From: Elusimicrobiota bacterium
GTDB taxonomy: Bacteria; Elusimicrobiota; Elusimicrobia; Elusimicrobiales; UBA9959
NCBI GenBank assembly: GCA_009773155.1
Contig: WOVA01000009.1
Location: forward strand, 82-64,081
Direction of reading: 5' to 3'
Length of the DNA stretch: 64,000 nucleotides
The translations under genes and the position numbers were made by a program. This document shows, piece after piece, positions 45,078-53,557 of the stretch. The notes beneath the pieces were generated by a model that had not been told where the DNA came from, did no database searches, and worked only from the letters and a program-made list of their open reading frames with translations. Positions within the stretch are counted from its first letter, which is position 1. The number at the start of each line of letters is the position of its first letter.

Positions 45078-46328
45078 TCAGACGGGTTTGGCGGTCAGCC
45101 TGGAGGCGAGGCCCGCGAAAGGAACGCTCTCCTGTCCGGCCTGTCCTTTGAGGGGTTTGAGCGAACAGGCGCCGGCCTTCAGTTCGTCCTCGCCGATGAT
45201 GACGGCGAAGTCGGCCCCGCTCCTGTCGGCGGAGCGCATCTGGGATTTAAGGCTGAGGTCGAAATTGGAATAATCGGCGGCGATGCCGACCGCGCGCAGG
45301 TCCGACATCAGCCGGAAGGCCTCGAGGCCGGCCTCTTTGCCGGAGGCGACGAAGAAGGCCGCGGGACCGTTCTCCTCGGGCGCGGCTCCGGCCGACCTGA
45401 TGACCAGCGCGGCGCGGTCCAGGCCCATGGCCCAGCCCACCGACGGGGCGGCGGGGCCGCCCATGGATTTTATCAGGTCGTCGTAGCGGCCGCCGCCGGC
45501 CACCGCGTCCTGGGCGCCCAGCGCGCCGGCCTTAACCTCGAAGACCGTGCGGGTGTAATAGTCCAGCCCGCGCACCATCGTACGGTTGACCTTGTAGTCC
45601 ACCCCGGCGGCTTTGAGCAGCGCCTGGGTGCGGTCGAAATGCTCCACGCAGCCGGGACAGAGATCCATGCGCGGCGCCTTGTCGGCCAGCCAGGGACCGT
45701 CCACCTTGCAGTCCAGCGCGCGCATCGGGTTGCGGTCCACGCGGCGCTTGCACGCCTCGCATAGGGCCTCCGTGTTGAGCTTGAGATAGCCCAGCAGCGT
45801 CTCGCGGTAGGCCCGGCGGCATTCAGAGCAGCCCAGGGTGTTGAGCTCCACCGTGCAGCCCGGCGCGCCGGCTTTTTCGAGGACCTTTACCAACAGGGCG
45901 ATGGATTCCGCGTCGGCCGAAGGCGAAGCGTTGCCGATGCACTCCACTCCTATCTGGGTGAACTCGCGGTAGCGCCCGGCCTGGGGCCGCTCGGCGCGGA
46001 ACATCGGGCCGATATAAAAAAGCTTGGCGTTGCGCCCGCCCTGCGACAGGTTCTGCTCTATGTAGGCGCGGGCAACGCCGGGGGTGCCCTCGGGCCGCAT
46101 CGCCACTTCGCGCCCGCCGCCGTCGGTGAAGGCGTACATTTCCTTCTCGACTATGTCGGTGGTATCGCCGGTGGATTTTACGAAGAGCTCTTTTGTTTCC
46201 AGCGTGGGGATGCGTATCTCCCGGTAGCCGTGCAGGCGGAAGACCTCCCGCGCCGCCGCCTCGATGGCGGAGAAAAGCTCGGAGTCGGGCGGCAGTATGT
46301 CCCGGAAGCCGCGCAGCGTACGGCTCAT
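45078..46328 (-). CDS. hisS: Histidine--tRNA ligase
   Basis: RGFRD, KEMY, RPEGT, FRAERPQAGRYREF, VRGLDYY and GGGRYD. Confidence 0.96.
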   Translation of the reverse strand: MSRTLRGFRDILPPDSELFSAIEAAAREVFRLHGYREIRIPTLETKELFVKSTGDTTDIVEKEMYAFTDGGGREVAMRPEGTPGVARAYIEQNLSQGGRNAKLFYIGPMFRAERPQAGRYREFTQIGVECIGNASPSADAESIALLVKVLEKAGAPGCTVELNTLGCSECRRAYRETLLGYLKLNTEALCEACKRRVDRNPMRALDCKVDGPWLADKAPRMDLCPGCVEHFDRTQALLKAAGVDYKVNRTMVRGLDYYTRTVFEVKAGALGAQDAVAGGGRYDDLIKSMGGPAAPSVGWAMGLDRAALVIRSAGAAPEENGPAAFFVASGKEAGLEAFRLMSDLRAVGIAADYSNFDLSLKSQMRSADRSGADFAVIIGEDELKAGACSLKPLKGQAGQESVPFAGLASRLTAKPV

Positions 46329-47002
46329 CCGCGCGCCATGGCGGCCATGGACTGCAGCCTGGCCTTGCTCTTTACAAGGATGCGTCCGCGCTGGTAGTCT
46401 ATGATCCCGCTGCGCTTGAGCGAGTTGACGGCCCGGCAGACCGGCACGCGGGTGGTGCCCAGGTATTCGGCCAGTTCGCCCTGGCCGATGGCCACGGTCA
46501 GCGGGCCCGCCTTGGACTTGGCTTCGAGCTCGAGTATCGCCGAGGCCAGCCGTCCCAGGATATTGTGGAACAGCATGGACTCCACTTCTTTATTGGCCTT
46601 GTCAAGGCGCTCTACCAGGGTGCGGATGATCTTCATGCTGAAGTCGGCGTGGCGCATGACAAGTTTTCCGAAGTTCTGCTTGGAGATTACCAGCAGTTCC
46701 GTGTCCTCGACGGCCTGGGCCGAGGCGGAACGGATCTTGCCGCCCAGCAGCGACATCTCGCCGAAGAAATCCCCTTTGCCCAGGAAGGCGAACGTCTTTT
46801 TCTTGCCCCCGCCGAGCGAGGTGAAGATCTTTATCTTTCCGGCGTTGAGGATGAAGAAGTTCTTCCCCACCTCTTCCTTGTTGAAGACCATGTCCCCGGC
46901 CTTGTAGCGCCGCACGGTGGCTATCTTTACGATGTGGTTAAGGTCGGGCCTGCCGAGCCCCTTGAGGAAGGTTACTCTCTCGAGCGCCTTGTGCAGTGTC
47001 AT
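46325..47002 (-). CDS. Crp/Fnr family transcriptional regulator
   Basis: cNMP-binding FFGEMSL...RSASA and C-terminal HTH (ELAEYLGTTR..VCR); start 47002 overlaps the upstream stop. Confidence 0.9.
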   Translation of the reverse strand: MTLHKALERVTFLKGLGRPDLNHIVKIATVRRYKAGDMVFNKEEVGKNFFILNAGKIKIFTSLGGGKKKTFAFLGKGDFFGEMSLLGGKIRSASAQAVEDTELLVISKQNFGKLVMRHADFSMKIIRTLVERLDKANKEVESMLFHNILGRLASAILELEAKSKAGPLTVAIGQGELAEYLGTTRVPVCRAVNSLKRSGIIDYQRGRILVKSKARLQSMAAMARG

Positions 47003-47679
47003 TTCTTTTCCTTCATCTCCATACCGCACTTGGGGCATTTACCGGGCTTGTCCGACTCGGCGCAATTCATGGGGCAGGCGTACTTTGCGGCGGCTTTCTC
47101 GCCAGATTTCGCCGGCTTTTCCTTGGCGTGGTCTCCGGCGCACTTGTGGCCTCCGGCCGCGTACTTCACCTGCATCGCCTTTACGGTCTCCGGCTTCTTG
47201 GACGCGAGGACGATCTTCACGCCCGCGGGGGTGTTAGCGAATTTGGCCGTGGCGTCCTTGGGCAGGCAGGAGCAGTTGCCGCCGGCGTAGTGCACCGCGG
47301 TCAGTTCCTGCAGCCTGGCTATCGCTTCCTTGCCCTTGGCGGCCAGCGTCAGTTCAACGCCGTCTTTCGTGTTCTTCACGGTCTTCGCGACGCCTTCCAT
47401 CTGCTTGGGGCAGGCGGCCTTGGACTCCTTGCCCTTGCCGCAGTCGTGGCCCTTTTCGTCTTTCATCCCGGGGCAATCGTGCTTCTTCCCGGCTTCGGCC
47501 TTTGCGCCGGGACAGTCGTGCTTGGCTCCCTCGGCGGCCTGCTTGGCCATGGGGCATTCGACTTTGGCGGCGGCTTTGGTTTCTCCGGCCTTCTTGTCCC
47601 CCGGGCATTTGCCGCAATGGGCGTAGGCGGTCATCGCGACCGCGAAAAATATAATACCCGCAAGTAAGTCTTTCTTCAT
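46999..47679 (-). CDS. Exported Cys/His-rich metal-binding protein with C-terminal heavy-metal-binding domain
   Basis: Signal peptide; HCGKC, repeated HDCPG and C-terminal YACPMNC...PGKCPKCGM. Confidence 0.75.
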   Translation of the reverse strand: MKKDLLAGIIFFAVAMTAYAHCGKCPGDKKAGETKAAAKVECPMAKQAAEGAKHDCPGAKAEAGKKHDCPGMKDEKGHDCGKGKESKAACPKQMEGVAKTVKNTKDGVELTLAAKGKEAIARLQELTAVHYAGGNCSCLPKDATAKFANTPAGVKIVLASKKPETVKAMQVKYAAGGHKCAGDHAKEKPAKSGEKAAAKYACPMNCAESDKPGKCPKCGMEMKEKK

Positions 47680-47804
47680 GGTAAGCTCCCTGTTCTTCGT
47701 TAGTCGTTTCAATGGCGGCAATGGCCGCGCGATAATTATATAAATTTAATAAGGTGTGTGGTTTGAAAAAGGCCGGGACCGGCGCGGCGGGGTGCCGCCC
47801 GGGG

Positions 47805-47847
47805 TTGACAAATATGCGGCGTATGTAAGATAATGATAACCGTTATC
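47805..47847 (+). promoter_or_regulatory. Sigma70 promoter of fur overlapped by a Fur box
   Basis: TTGACA at 47805-47810; GATAATGATAACCGTTATC at 47829-47847 matches the canonical Fur box 17/19 and covers the -10 region. Confidence 0.85.
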
Positions 47848-47849
47848 AT

Positions 47850-48281
47850 ATGGCGAGAAAGAAACCCGAAGTCAATTCATGCGACTGCCAGGGCGCCCGC
47901 AAAAGCCGGCGCCGCGACGCGGTGCTGGACGCCGTAGCGTCCAGCGACGGCCATCTCAGCGCCGAGGAAGTCCACCGCGAGGCTAAAAAGCGGCTTCCCG
48001 GCATCGGGATAGCCACGGTGTACCGCTCGCTCAAATGCCTGTGCGGCTGCGGCAAGGTCTCCGAGTTCATCCCCCCGGACGGCGTGGCCCGCTACGAAGC
48101 TGCCGGCTCCAGGGGCCATCACGACCACCTGGTCTGCACGGCCTGCGGCTGTTTCGTGGAGGCGGTGGACCCGGAAATAGAGCGGCTTCAGGAGCGCCTG
48201 GCCGCCAGGCACGGCTTCCGCCTGGAAGGTCACCGGCTGGAGATATACGGCCTCTGCGCCTGCTGCGCGCGAAAGAAGTAG
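47850..48281 (+). CDS. fur: Fur family transcriptional repressor
   Basis: HLSAEE, IGIATVYRSL, HHDHLVCTACG and YGLCACC. Confidence 0.9.
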   Translation: MARKKPEVNSCDCQGARKSRRRDAVLDAVASSDGHLSAEEVHREAKKRLPGIGIATVYRSLKCLCGCGKVSEFIPPDGVARYEAAGSRGHHDHLVCTACGCFVEAVDPEIERLQERLAARHGFRLEGHRLEIYGLCACCARKK

Positions 48282-48305
48282 GTATATATTTTTTAGTTTC
48301 AATAT

Positions 48306-48324
48306 GATAATGATTCTCATAATC
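48306..48324. promoter_or_regulatory. Second Fur box
   Basis: GATAATGATTCTCATAATC (16/19 to consensus) in the AT-rich spacer upstream of the 48361 gene. Confidence 0.8.
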
Positions 48325-48360
48325 ATATGATAAGAAAGCGAAAAGGAGACGAAAGACGAC

Positions 48361-49101
48361 ATGAAAAAGAACACGCAGTGAGCTGTAATAGCGGCCATGC
48401 TGGCCGCCCTGATGACGACGGCGGCGGCGGGGCCGGCTAAGGCCGACCCGCGCACCTTCGTCTGGACCTACGAGTACATGACGATGCACGCGGGAAAGGC
48501 GGAGCTGGGGTACTACGCGACCGCCGAAGTGGCGGACACCTCCGTCCCCGAGAACTCCACCTGGAAGCACAGGGTGGAGCTGGAATACGGCCTGACCGAC
48601 AGGACAGACCTGTCGCTCTACCAGATGTTCAGCCAGGCCAGCACGGCGACTACAAATACGTTCCGCTACGACGGGATGAAGCTGCGCGCGCGCCATCGCC
48701 TGGCCGAGAAGGGCGAGCTGCCCCTGGACACGCTGCTCTACGCCGAGTACAAGCGCGGCACCGACCTCTCGGCCCAGGGCTCCCTGGAAGCCAAGCTGAT
48801 ACTCGCAAAGGACCTGGGCAGGCTGAGGCTGGCCTATAACCAGGTGGCGGAGTTCCCCCTCGAGCGGCCTTCGGACGCGGAACACCGCTTCTCGGCCGGA
48901 GCCGGATGGAAATTCACGGACACCGTCAGGGCCGGCCTGGAGGCGACCGGCGTCTACGGGGCGGATAAGTACAATCTGGGCCCTACCGTCAACTTCAGGG
49001 CTCCCGACATGAAGGGCTGGGTCAGCCTGGGCCAGCTCTACGGTCTGAACCCGGGCAGCAAGGACTCGCAGACGCGGCTGCTGCTGGGCGTGCCGTTCTG
49101 A
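48361..49101 (+). CDS. Fur-regulated outer-membrane beta-barrel-like protein; in-frame TGA at codon 7 (open from 48397)
   Basis: SD AGGAG plus ATG 48361 gives MKKNTQ*AVIAAMLAAL... Mature part has ELEYGLTD, amphipathic strands and a C-terminal Phe. Confidence 0.7.
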
Positions 49102-49153
49102 TATACAGCCCGGCAGGGCCCCGTCCGGGACCCTGCCGGGCATACCGACGGAT

Positions 49154-49492
49154 ATGAAATATCTCCTGGACCTTTACGTTTTCGAAATTCTCGGCGTCCT
49201 CGCGGTCCTGTCGCTGGCGTCGGAGGCCGCCGGGAGAAGAGGCGCCGGCTCCGCCCGGATAAAGCTCGCCTGGAACTGGTTCCTTCTGATATCCTTCGCC
49301 GCCTGCGTACTGACGGGATTCGGACTTTTTATCCCGATGGCGAAAGAGACCTCCAGGCTGGTTTTCAAGTTCCATCTCTGGACCGGCGCGGCCTGCGCCT
49401 GGGCCGGGCTTTATCACACGGCCCTGCGCACGAAGGGGATGCTCCCCTCCCCGGCCGCCGGTCGCGGACTGGCGAGAACCGCGAAGAAGTAA
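49154..49492 (+). CDS. Small membrane protein (DUF4405-like, possibly heme-binding His pair)
   Basis: Three hydrophobic segments; LTG...H.W.G.......H pattern. Confidence 0.6.
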   Translation: MKYLLDLYVFEILGVLAVLSLASEAAGRRGAGSARIKLAWNWFLLISFAACVLTGFGLFIPMAKETSRLVFKFHLWTGAACAWAGLYHTALRTKGMLPSPAAGRGLARTAKK

Positions 49493-49528
49493 GGCGTGCA
49501 GTGCCAGTTGCGGATGGAATATTCCGCG

Positions 49529-50089
49529 TTATTTCTTCTCCTTCATGTCCATGCCGCACTTGGGGCAGCGGCCGGGCTTTTCGGACTGCACGCAGCCCAT
49601 AGGGCAGGAGTATTTTTTCGCGGCAGGCTGTTCCTTCTTCTTCTCCACCAGGTCCATGCCGCACTTGGGGCAGCGGCCGGGCTTATCGGATTCCGCGCAG
49701 CCCATGGGGCAGACATACTTCTTCTTGACGGCCTTTTCCTTTACCGCGTATTTTTCCGGTTCCGCGGCGAAGGATCCGTCGCAGCCGGGGCAGCAGAAAT
49801 AATAGACCCTGTCCTTGTATGACATGGAGATAGTGTCTTTGTCCACCTTGACCTTCTCCCCCGTTACCGGGCAGACGGCGCTTTTGCCTATCTCCGCCCT
49901 GGTCACCTTCCTGTAGGCGGCCTCCGCTTTTTTGGCGGCGGCGGCCGCTTTCCCGGCCTTGGCCGGCGCCTCTTTTTTGACGGCCTGGTGCTTGTGGCCC
50001 TCATGACCGCTATGGTCGTGCTGGGCGTAGGCCGCCCCCGCCAGCAGCAGCGGCGTCAGCAGCGCTGTTATCATCATGTTCCGTTTCAT
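49529..50089 (-). CDS. Exported YHS-domain protein with two heavy-metal-binding domains
   Basis: Signal peptide, His-rich HDHSGHEGHKH, CPVTG...YYFCCPGC..F..EPEKY and two CPMGC...CPKCGM units. Confidence 0.85.
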   Translation of the reverse strand: MKRNMMITALLTPLLLAGAAYAQHDHSGHEGHKHQAVKKEAPAKAGKAAAAAKKAEAAYRKVTRAEIGKSAVCPVTGEKVKVDKDTISMSYKDRVYYFCCPGCDGSFAAEPEKYAVKEKAVKKKYVCPMGCAESDKPGRCPKCGMDLVEKKKEQPAAKKYSCPMGCVQSEKPGRCPKCGMDMKEKK

Positions 50090-50301
50090 GCTTCCTCCTT
50101 ATCCCGATCCCGGCAGCAGCCGCCTTCGGCGGCCTGTTCCTGCCCGTAAAGCTCTTCGGCCCGGCAGCAGATGCGCTCTTTGTCGGCCGCCACCCTGCCG
50201 CAGCCGGGACAGATATACCTGGCGTTCCTGGCCGCTTCTTTCAATTCCCCGAACAGTTCTTTCTTGTCCGCCATCTCGCATAGATGCGCTTTCTTTTCCA
50301 T
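50086..50301 (-). CDS. Small Cys-rich (zinc-ribbon-like) protein
   Basis: 71 aa; HLC, YICPGCGRVA, ICC and GGCC; SD GGAGG; coupled to the YHS gene. Confidence 0.7.
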   Translation of the reverse strand: MEKKAHLCEMADKKELFGELKEAARNARYICPGCGRVAADKERICCRAEELYGQEQAAEGGCCRDRDKEEA

Positions 50302-50314
50302 ACTCGCCCTCCTC

Positions 50315-51412
50315 CTAATACCGCGTCAGCGTTCTGTCTATCCTCCCGGACCAGGCGTCCAGGCCGCCTTCCAGCACGGAAACGTCCGTAAAGCCCCCGG
50401 CCTTAAGGGCGCGCCAGGCCGCGACGGCCTTGCTCCGGCCCTTGCAGTAGAGGACTATCTCCTCCTGTTGTCCTAAGCCGGCTCCGGTCCTAAGCAGTTC
50501 TTCGTGGTCCACCCACTCGTCGCCGGCGATATGGACCAGGTCGTGCTCCCATTCATAGCGCAGGTCCAGCAGGCGGGGCGGGCGCGGGCCGGACAGTTTG
50601 TCCCTGAGCGCTTCGGGCGTGATATAGTCCGGTTCGACGGACTTCAGGAACGCGCGATCGGCGGAAGCTCTGGCGCCGCAGACCGGGCAATCCTCCCTGC
50701 GCTTCAGTTCGGCGACGGTGAAGCCGCCGAGGCGGAAGTCCAGCATGACGAACCTGTCCCTGAGCGTCTCGAAGCCGAGTATCAGTTTCAGCACTTCCAG
50801 CGCCTGCATGGAGGCTACGGCGCCCGCCGCCGGCCCCATCACGCCCGCTTCCGCGCAGACCTGGGCCTCGGCGTCCTCCGTCCGGGGGCATAGGCAGGCC
50901 AGGCAGGCCCCGCGGCCCGGTGAGAAGACGGTCAACTGCCCTTCGAACTGGTAGACGGCCGCGTGCACATAGGTCTTCCCGAGCTCCAGGCAGGCCCGGT
51001 TTATGGCCGCGCGCGCCGTGAAATTGTCGGTGCAGTCGGCGATGTAATCATAGCCGGCCAGCGCGCCGCTCATGTTCCCGGATGTCAGCAGGCCCTCCCG
51101 GGTGTTGACCCTGATCCCCGGGTTTATTTCCGCCAGTTTCCGCGCGGCCAGCCCGGTCTTGAGCTTTCCCACGTCGTCCGTGCCGTAAACGAACTGGCGG
51201 TGCAGGTTGGACAGTTCGACGGGGCCGAAGTCGAAGACGCCTATCTCCCCCACGCCCGCGCCGGCCAGGTATGCCATGACTATATTCCCCAGGCCGCCGG
51301 CGCCGACCACGGCCACCCTGGCGGCTTTGAGCCTTTCCTGCCCCTCCGGCCCCACGCCCGGTATCACCAGCTGGCGGGAATAGCGTATGAGTTCTTCCTT
51401 CGACAGGGTCAT
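50315..51412 (-). CDS. MoeB/ThiF E1-like adenylyltransferase fused to a rhodanese domain (MoeZ-type)
   Basis: RYSRQ, VGAGGLG, SNLHRQ, DCTDNF, CLAC, CAEAGV, CPVCG and rhodanese YCKGRSKA...LEGGLDAW. Confidence 0.9.
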   Translation of the reverse strand: MTLSKEELIRYSRQLVIPGVGPEGQERLKAARVAVVGAGGLGNIVMAYLAGAGVGEIGVFDFGPVELSNLHRQFVYGTDDVGKLKTGLAARKLAEINPGIRVNTREGLLTSGNMSGALAGYDYIADCTDNFTARAAINRACLELGKTYVHAAVYQFEGQLTVFSPGRGACLACLCPRTEDAEAQVCAEAGVMGPAAGAVASMQALEVLKLILGFETLRDRFVMLDFRLGGFTVAELKRREDCPVCGARASADRAFLKSVEPDYITPEALRDKLSGPRPPRLLDLRYEWEHDLVHIAGDEWVDHEELLRTGAGLGQQEEIVLYCKGRSKAVAAWRALKAGGFTDVSVLEGGLDAWSGRIDRTLTRY

Positions 51413-51413
51413 A

Positions 51414-52553
51414 TCATTTCAAGGCCCGCGCCAGGTCCTCCAGCAGGTCGTCGGAATTCTCGATGCCCGCGGAGAGGCGGACCAGGCCCGCGGTTATCCC
51501 GCGCTTGAGGCGGTCGCGCTCCGGTATCGCGGCGTGCGTCATCGCCGCCGGGTAGCAGGCGAGCGACTCCACGCCGCCGAGACTCTCGGCCAGCGAGAAG
51601 ATCTTCAACCGCCTGAAGAAGCTCTCCGCCGCCGGCCGTCCCCCTTTGAGTTCGAAGCCGACCATGCCGCCGCAGCCGTCCATCTGGCGGCCGGCCAGCT
51701 CATGCCCCGGGTGGCTTTCCAGGCCGGGATAATAGACCTTCGACACCGCGGGATGGCGCGAGAGCGCCGCCGCGATCGCGAAGGCGTTGGCTTCGTGCGC
51801 CTTCATGCGCACGGACAAAGTCTTGATGCCGCGCAGCGTCAGCCAGGCGTCCCACGGCCCGGGTACCGCGCCGGCGGCGTTCTGGTAGAACTTCACCGCC
51901 TCGAAAACGCACTTGTCTTTGATCGCCAGCAGGCCGCCTATCACGTCGCTGTGGCCGCCGAGGTACTTGGTGGAACTGTGCACCACTATGTCGGCGCCCA
52001 GTTCCGCGGGCCGCTGGAAATACGGGGTGGCGAAGGTATTGTCCACGGCGAGCAGCGCTTTTCCTTTGCGGGCCGTCTCCGCTACGGCCGCTATGTCGGT
52101 GATATTGAGCAGCGGGTTGGTGGGTGTTTCCACCCAGACCAGGCGCGTACTGCGGCGCATGGCCCTTTTGAACGAGGCGGGGTCTTTGGAGTCGGCGTAG
52201 GATATCTCCAGCCCCCAGTGCCGGAAGACCTTCTCAAAGAGCCGGTATGTCCCGCCGTAGAGGTCGTCGCCGGCCACAACATGGTCGCCCTTCTTCAGCA
52301 GGCCGCCCAGCACGGCCGTTTCGGCCGCCAGGCCCGAAGCGAAAGCCAGGCCGTATTTAACCCCTTCCAGCGCCGCTATGCAGTCCTCCAGCGCCTTCCT
52401 CGTCGGGTTGCCGGTGCGGGAGTATTCCCAGCCCCGGTCGCGCCCGATGCCGTCCTGCTTATAAGTGGAGGTCTGGTATACCGGCACGCTGACCGAACCG
52501 GTCTGCCTGTCGGCCGCCTGGCCCGCGTGTATCAGCGCCGTCTCGAAGTTCAT
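51414..52553 (-). CDS. Cystathionine gamma-lyase/gamma-synthase (trans-sulfuration PLP enzyme)
   Basis: YQTSTY, YSRTGNPT, YGGT, ETPTNP, DNTFATP, HSSTKYLGGHSD and AESLGGVESL. Confidence 0.92.
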   Translation of the reverse strand: MNFETALIHAGQAADRQTGSVSVPVYQTSTYKQDGIGRDRGWEYSRTGNPTRKALEDCIAALEGVKYGLAFASGLAAETAVLGGLLKKGDHVVAGDDLYGGTYRLFEKVFRHWGLEISYADSKDPASFKRAMRRSTRLVWVETPTNPLLNITDIAAVAETARKGKALLAVDNTFATPYFQRPAELGADIVVHSSTKYLGGHSDVIGGLLAIKDKCVFEAVKFYQNAAGAVPGPWDAWLTLRGIKTLSVRMKAHEANAFAIAAALSRHPAVSKVYYPGLESHPGHELAGRQMDGCGGMVGFELKGGRPAAESFFRRLKIFSLAESLGGVESLACYPAAMTHAAIPERDRLKRGITAGLVRLSAGIENSDDLLEDLARALK

Positions 52554-53542
52554 ATAACGGTCTCCCTGGGCAGGCCGCGGCCGGCCAGCCAATCGTCGTC
52601 GTACATTTTTGAAAGATACTTGTTGCCGGTGTCGCAGACGAATGTGACTACGCGTTTGGGCGTTTTACTCTCCCGGCAGTAACGCAGGGCCGCCGCCAGC
52701 AGCGTTCCCGAAGAGGAGCCGGCCAGCACGCCCTCGGCGCGCAGCAGTTCCCGCGCGGCGGCGAAACTCTCGGCATCGGTCACCGTATAGGCCCCGGCCA
52801 CGCGCGACAGGTCGGCTATCGGAGGAATGAAGTCCTCGCCTATGCCTTCCACCAGCCAGGAGCCGGCCTTTCCCGTCGTTCCGTCCCTGACGTAGCCGGC
52901 CAGCACCGAGCCCGCCGGGTCGGCCAGGACGAATTCGGCGGCGGGCGATACGCGCGAGAAATAGCGGGAGAGGCCGGTCATGGTGCCGCCGGAACCTACT
53001 CCGCATACGATGGCGTCGACCTTATGGTCCATCTGTTCCCATATCTCCGGGCCCGTAGTCTTTTCGTGCGCGTCCGGGTTGGCGGGATTGGCGAACTGGT
53101 TGATGTAGAAGCTGTCCGGAGTTTCCCCGGCTATGCGCTCCGCCATTTCCTGGTAGTACTCGGGGTGGCCCTTCTCCACGTCGGAGCGGGTAACCACTAT
53201 CCGGGCGCCGAGCGCGCGCAGGTGGGAGATCTTCTCCCGGCTCATCTTGTCGGGGATCACGAGGGTAAGGTTGTAGCCCTTCTGCGCGGCCACCAGCGCC
53301 AGGCCCAGGCCCGTGTTGCCCGCGGTGGCCTCCACCAGCGTGGAGCCGGGGCGCAGTTTCCCTTCCTTCTCGGCGGCGGTGATCATGGAGAGCGCTATCC
53401 GGTCCTTAATGGAGCCGCCGGGGTTCTGGCACTCCAGTTTCAGGAAAAGTTCGCACCTGCCCGCGTCCAGCTTCCGCGCCTTCAGCAGCGGCGTATTCCC
53501 TATCAGGTCGAGCACGGTGCCGGTATTTCTGGTTTCTTCCAT
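52550..53542 (-). CDS. Cystathionine beta-synthase / cysteine synthase family PLP enzyme
   Basis: IGNTPL, KLECQNPGGSIKDR, EATAGNTG, NQFANPAN, GSGGT, VEGIG and DTGNKYLSK (CBS-type motifs). Confidence 0.9.
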   Translation of the reverse strand: MEETRNTGTVLDLIGNTPLLKARKLDAGRCELFLKLECQNPGGSIKDRIALSMITAAEKEGKLRPGSTLVEATAGNTGLGLALVAAQKGYNLTLVIPDKMSREKISHLRALGARIVVTRSDVEKGHPEYYQEMAERIAGETPDSFYINQFANPANPDAHEKTTGPEIWEQMDHKVDAIVCGVGSGGTMTGLSRYFSRVSPAAEFVLADPAGSVLAGYVRDGTTGKAGSWLVEGIGEDFIPPIADLSRVAGAYTVTDAESFAAARELLRAEGVLAGSSSGTLLAAALRYCRESKTPKRVVTFVCDTGNKYLSKMYDDDWLAGRGLPRETVI

Positions 53543-53557
53543 GACGGTTCTCCCGTA

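Noticed and set aside
43680-45764. 694-aa plus-strand ORF (similar ones at 6985..8652, 30223..31851 and 36941..38632)
   Set aside because: Antisense to well-supported genes (aspS/hisS, pnp, fecR/thpR, nucleotidase); no domain signal.
48379-48381. Genome-wide TGA recoding (code 4/25)
   Set aside because: Many conserved genes here end at TGA at the expected length (pgsA, glnA, gmk, asnS, hisS).
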